Origin: an uncultured Gemmatimonadaceae bacterium
GTDB taxonomy: Bacteria > Gemmatimonadota > Gemmatimonadetes > Gemmatimonadales > Gemmatimonadaceae
NCBI GenBank assembly: GCA_963790305.1
Contig: CAWBOC010000009.1
Coordinates: forward strand, 608,001 to 672,000
DNA length: 64,000 bases
Direction of reading: 5' to 3'
This document shows positions 64,000 through 64,000 of this stretch, piece after piece; the first letter of the stretch is position 1; the number at the start of each line of letters is the position of its first letter. A program made the translations under genes and the position numbers. The notes beneath the pieces are model-generated. The model searched no databases and was not told where the DNA came from. It worked only from the letters and a program-made list of their open reading frames with translations.

Positions 64000-64000
64000 A

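Overview
GC-rich bacterial chromosome window. Gene content and order suggest Gemmatimonadota (inference, not searched). Most of it is core genome: three tRNAs, rho-ruvX-mltG, a 23S-5S rRNA unit with its own promoter and no 16S, rlmI-like, mutM, tdh-kbl, fdhF-like, mpg, ilvE, PBP1A, tyrS, an msbA/lpxL envelope operon and yebC. No CRISPR array, transposase, integrase or prophage was recognised. Best leads: (1) a CRISPR-independent Cas4-like Fe-S nuclease split over two translationally coupled genes, each carrying a membrane helix (55537-56306); (2) a family of intergenic palindromes built from 7- or 9-nt tandem repeats (7 full and 2 half copies); (3) two tandem TldD/TldE pairs whose TldD subunits carry Tat-lipoprotein signals, followed by an unannotated 38-aa Lys/Arg-rich gene; (4) three small paralogues sharing an ERxxExQRxxTKLL motif inside an NtrY/NtrX-like operon; (5) a sigma54-driven small ORF upstream of a zincin plus ATP-grasp pair. 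At least seven genes are frameshifted, most likely through assembly indel errors, so split-gene claims need read-level checks.
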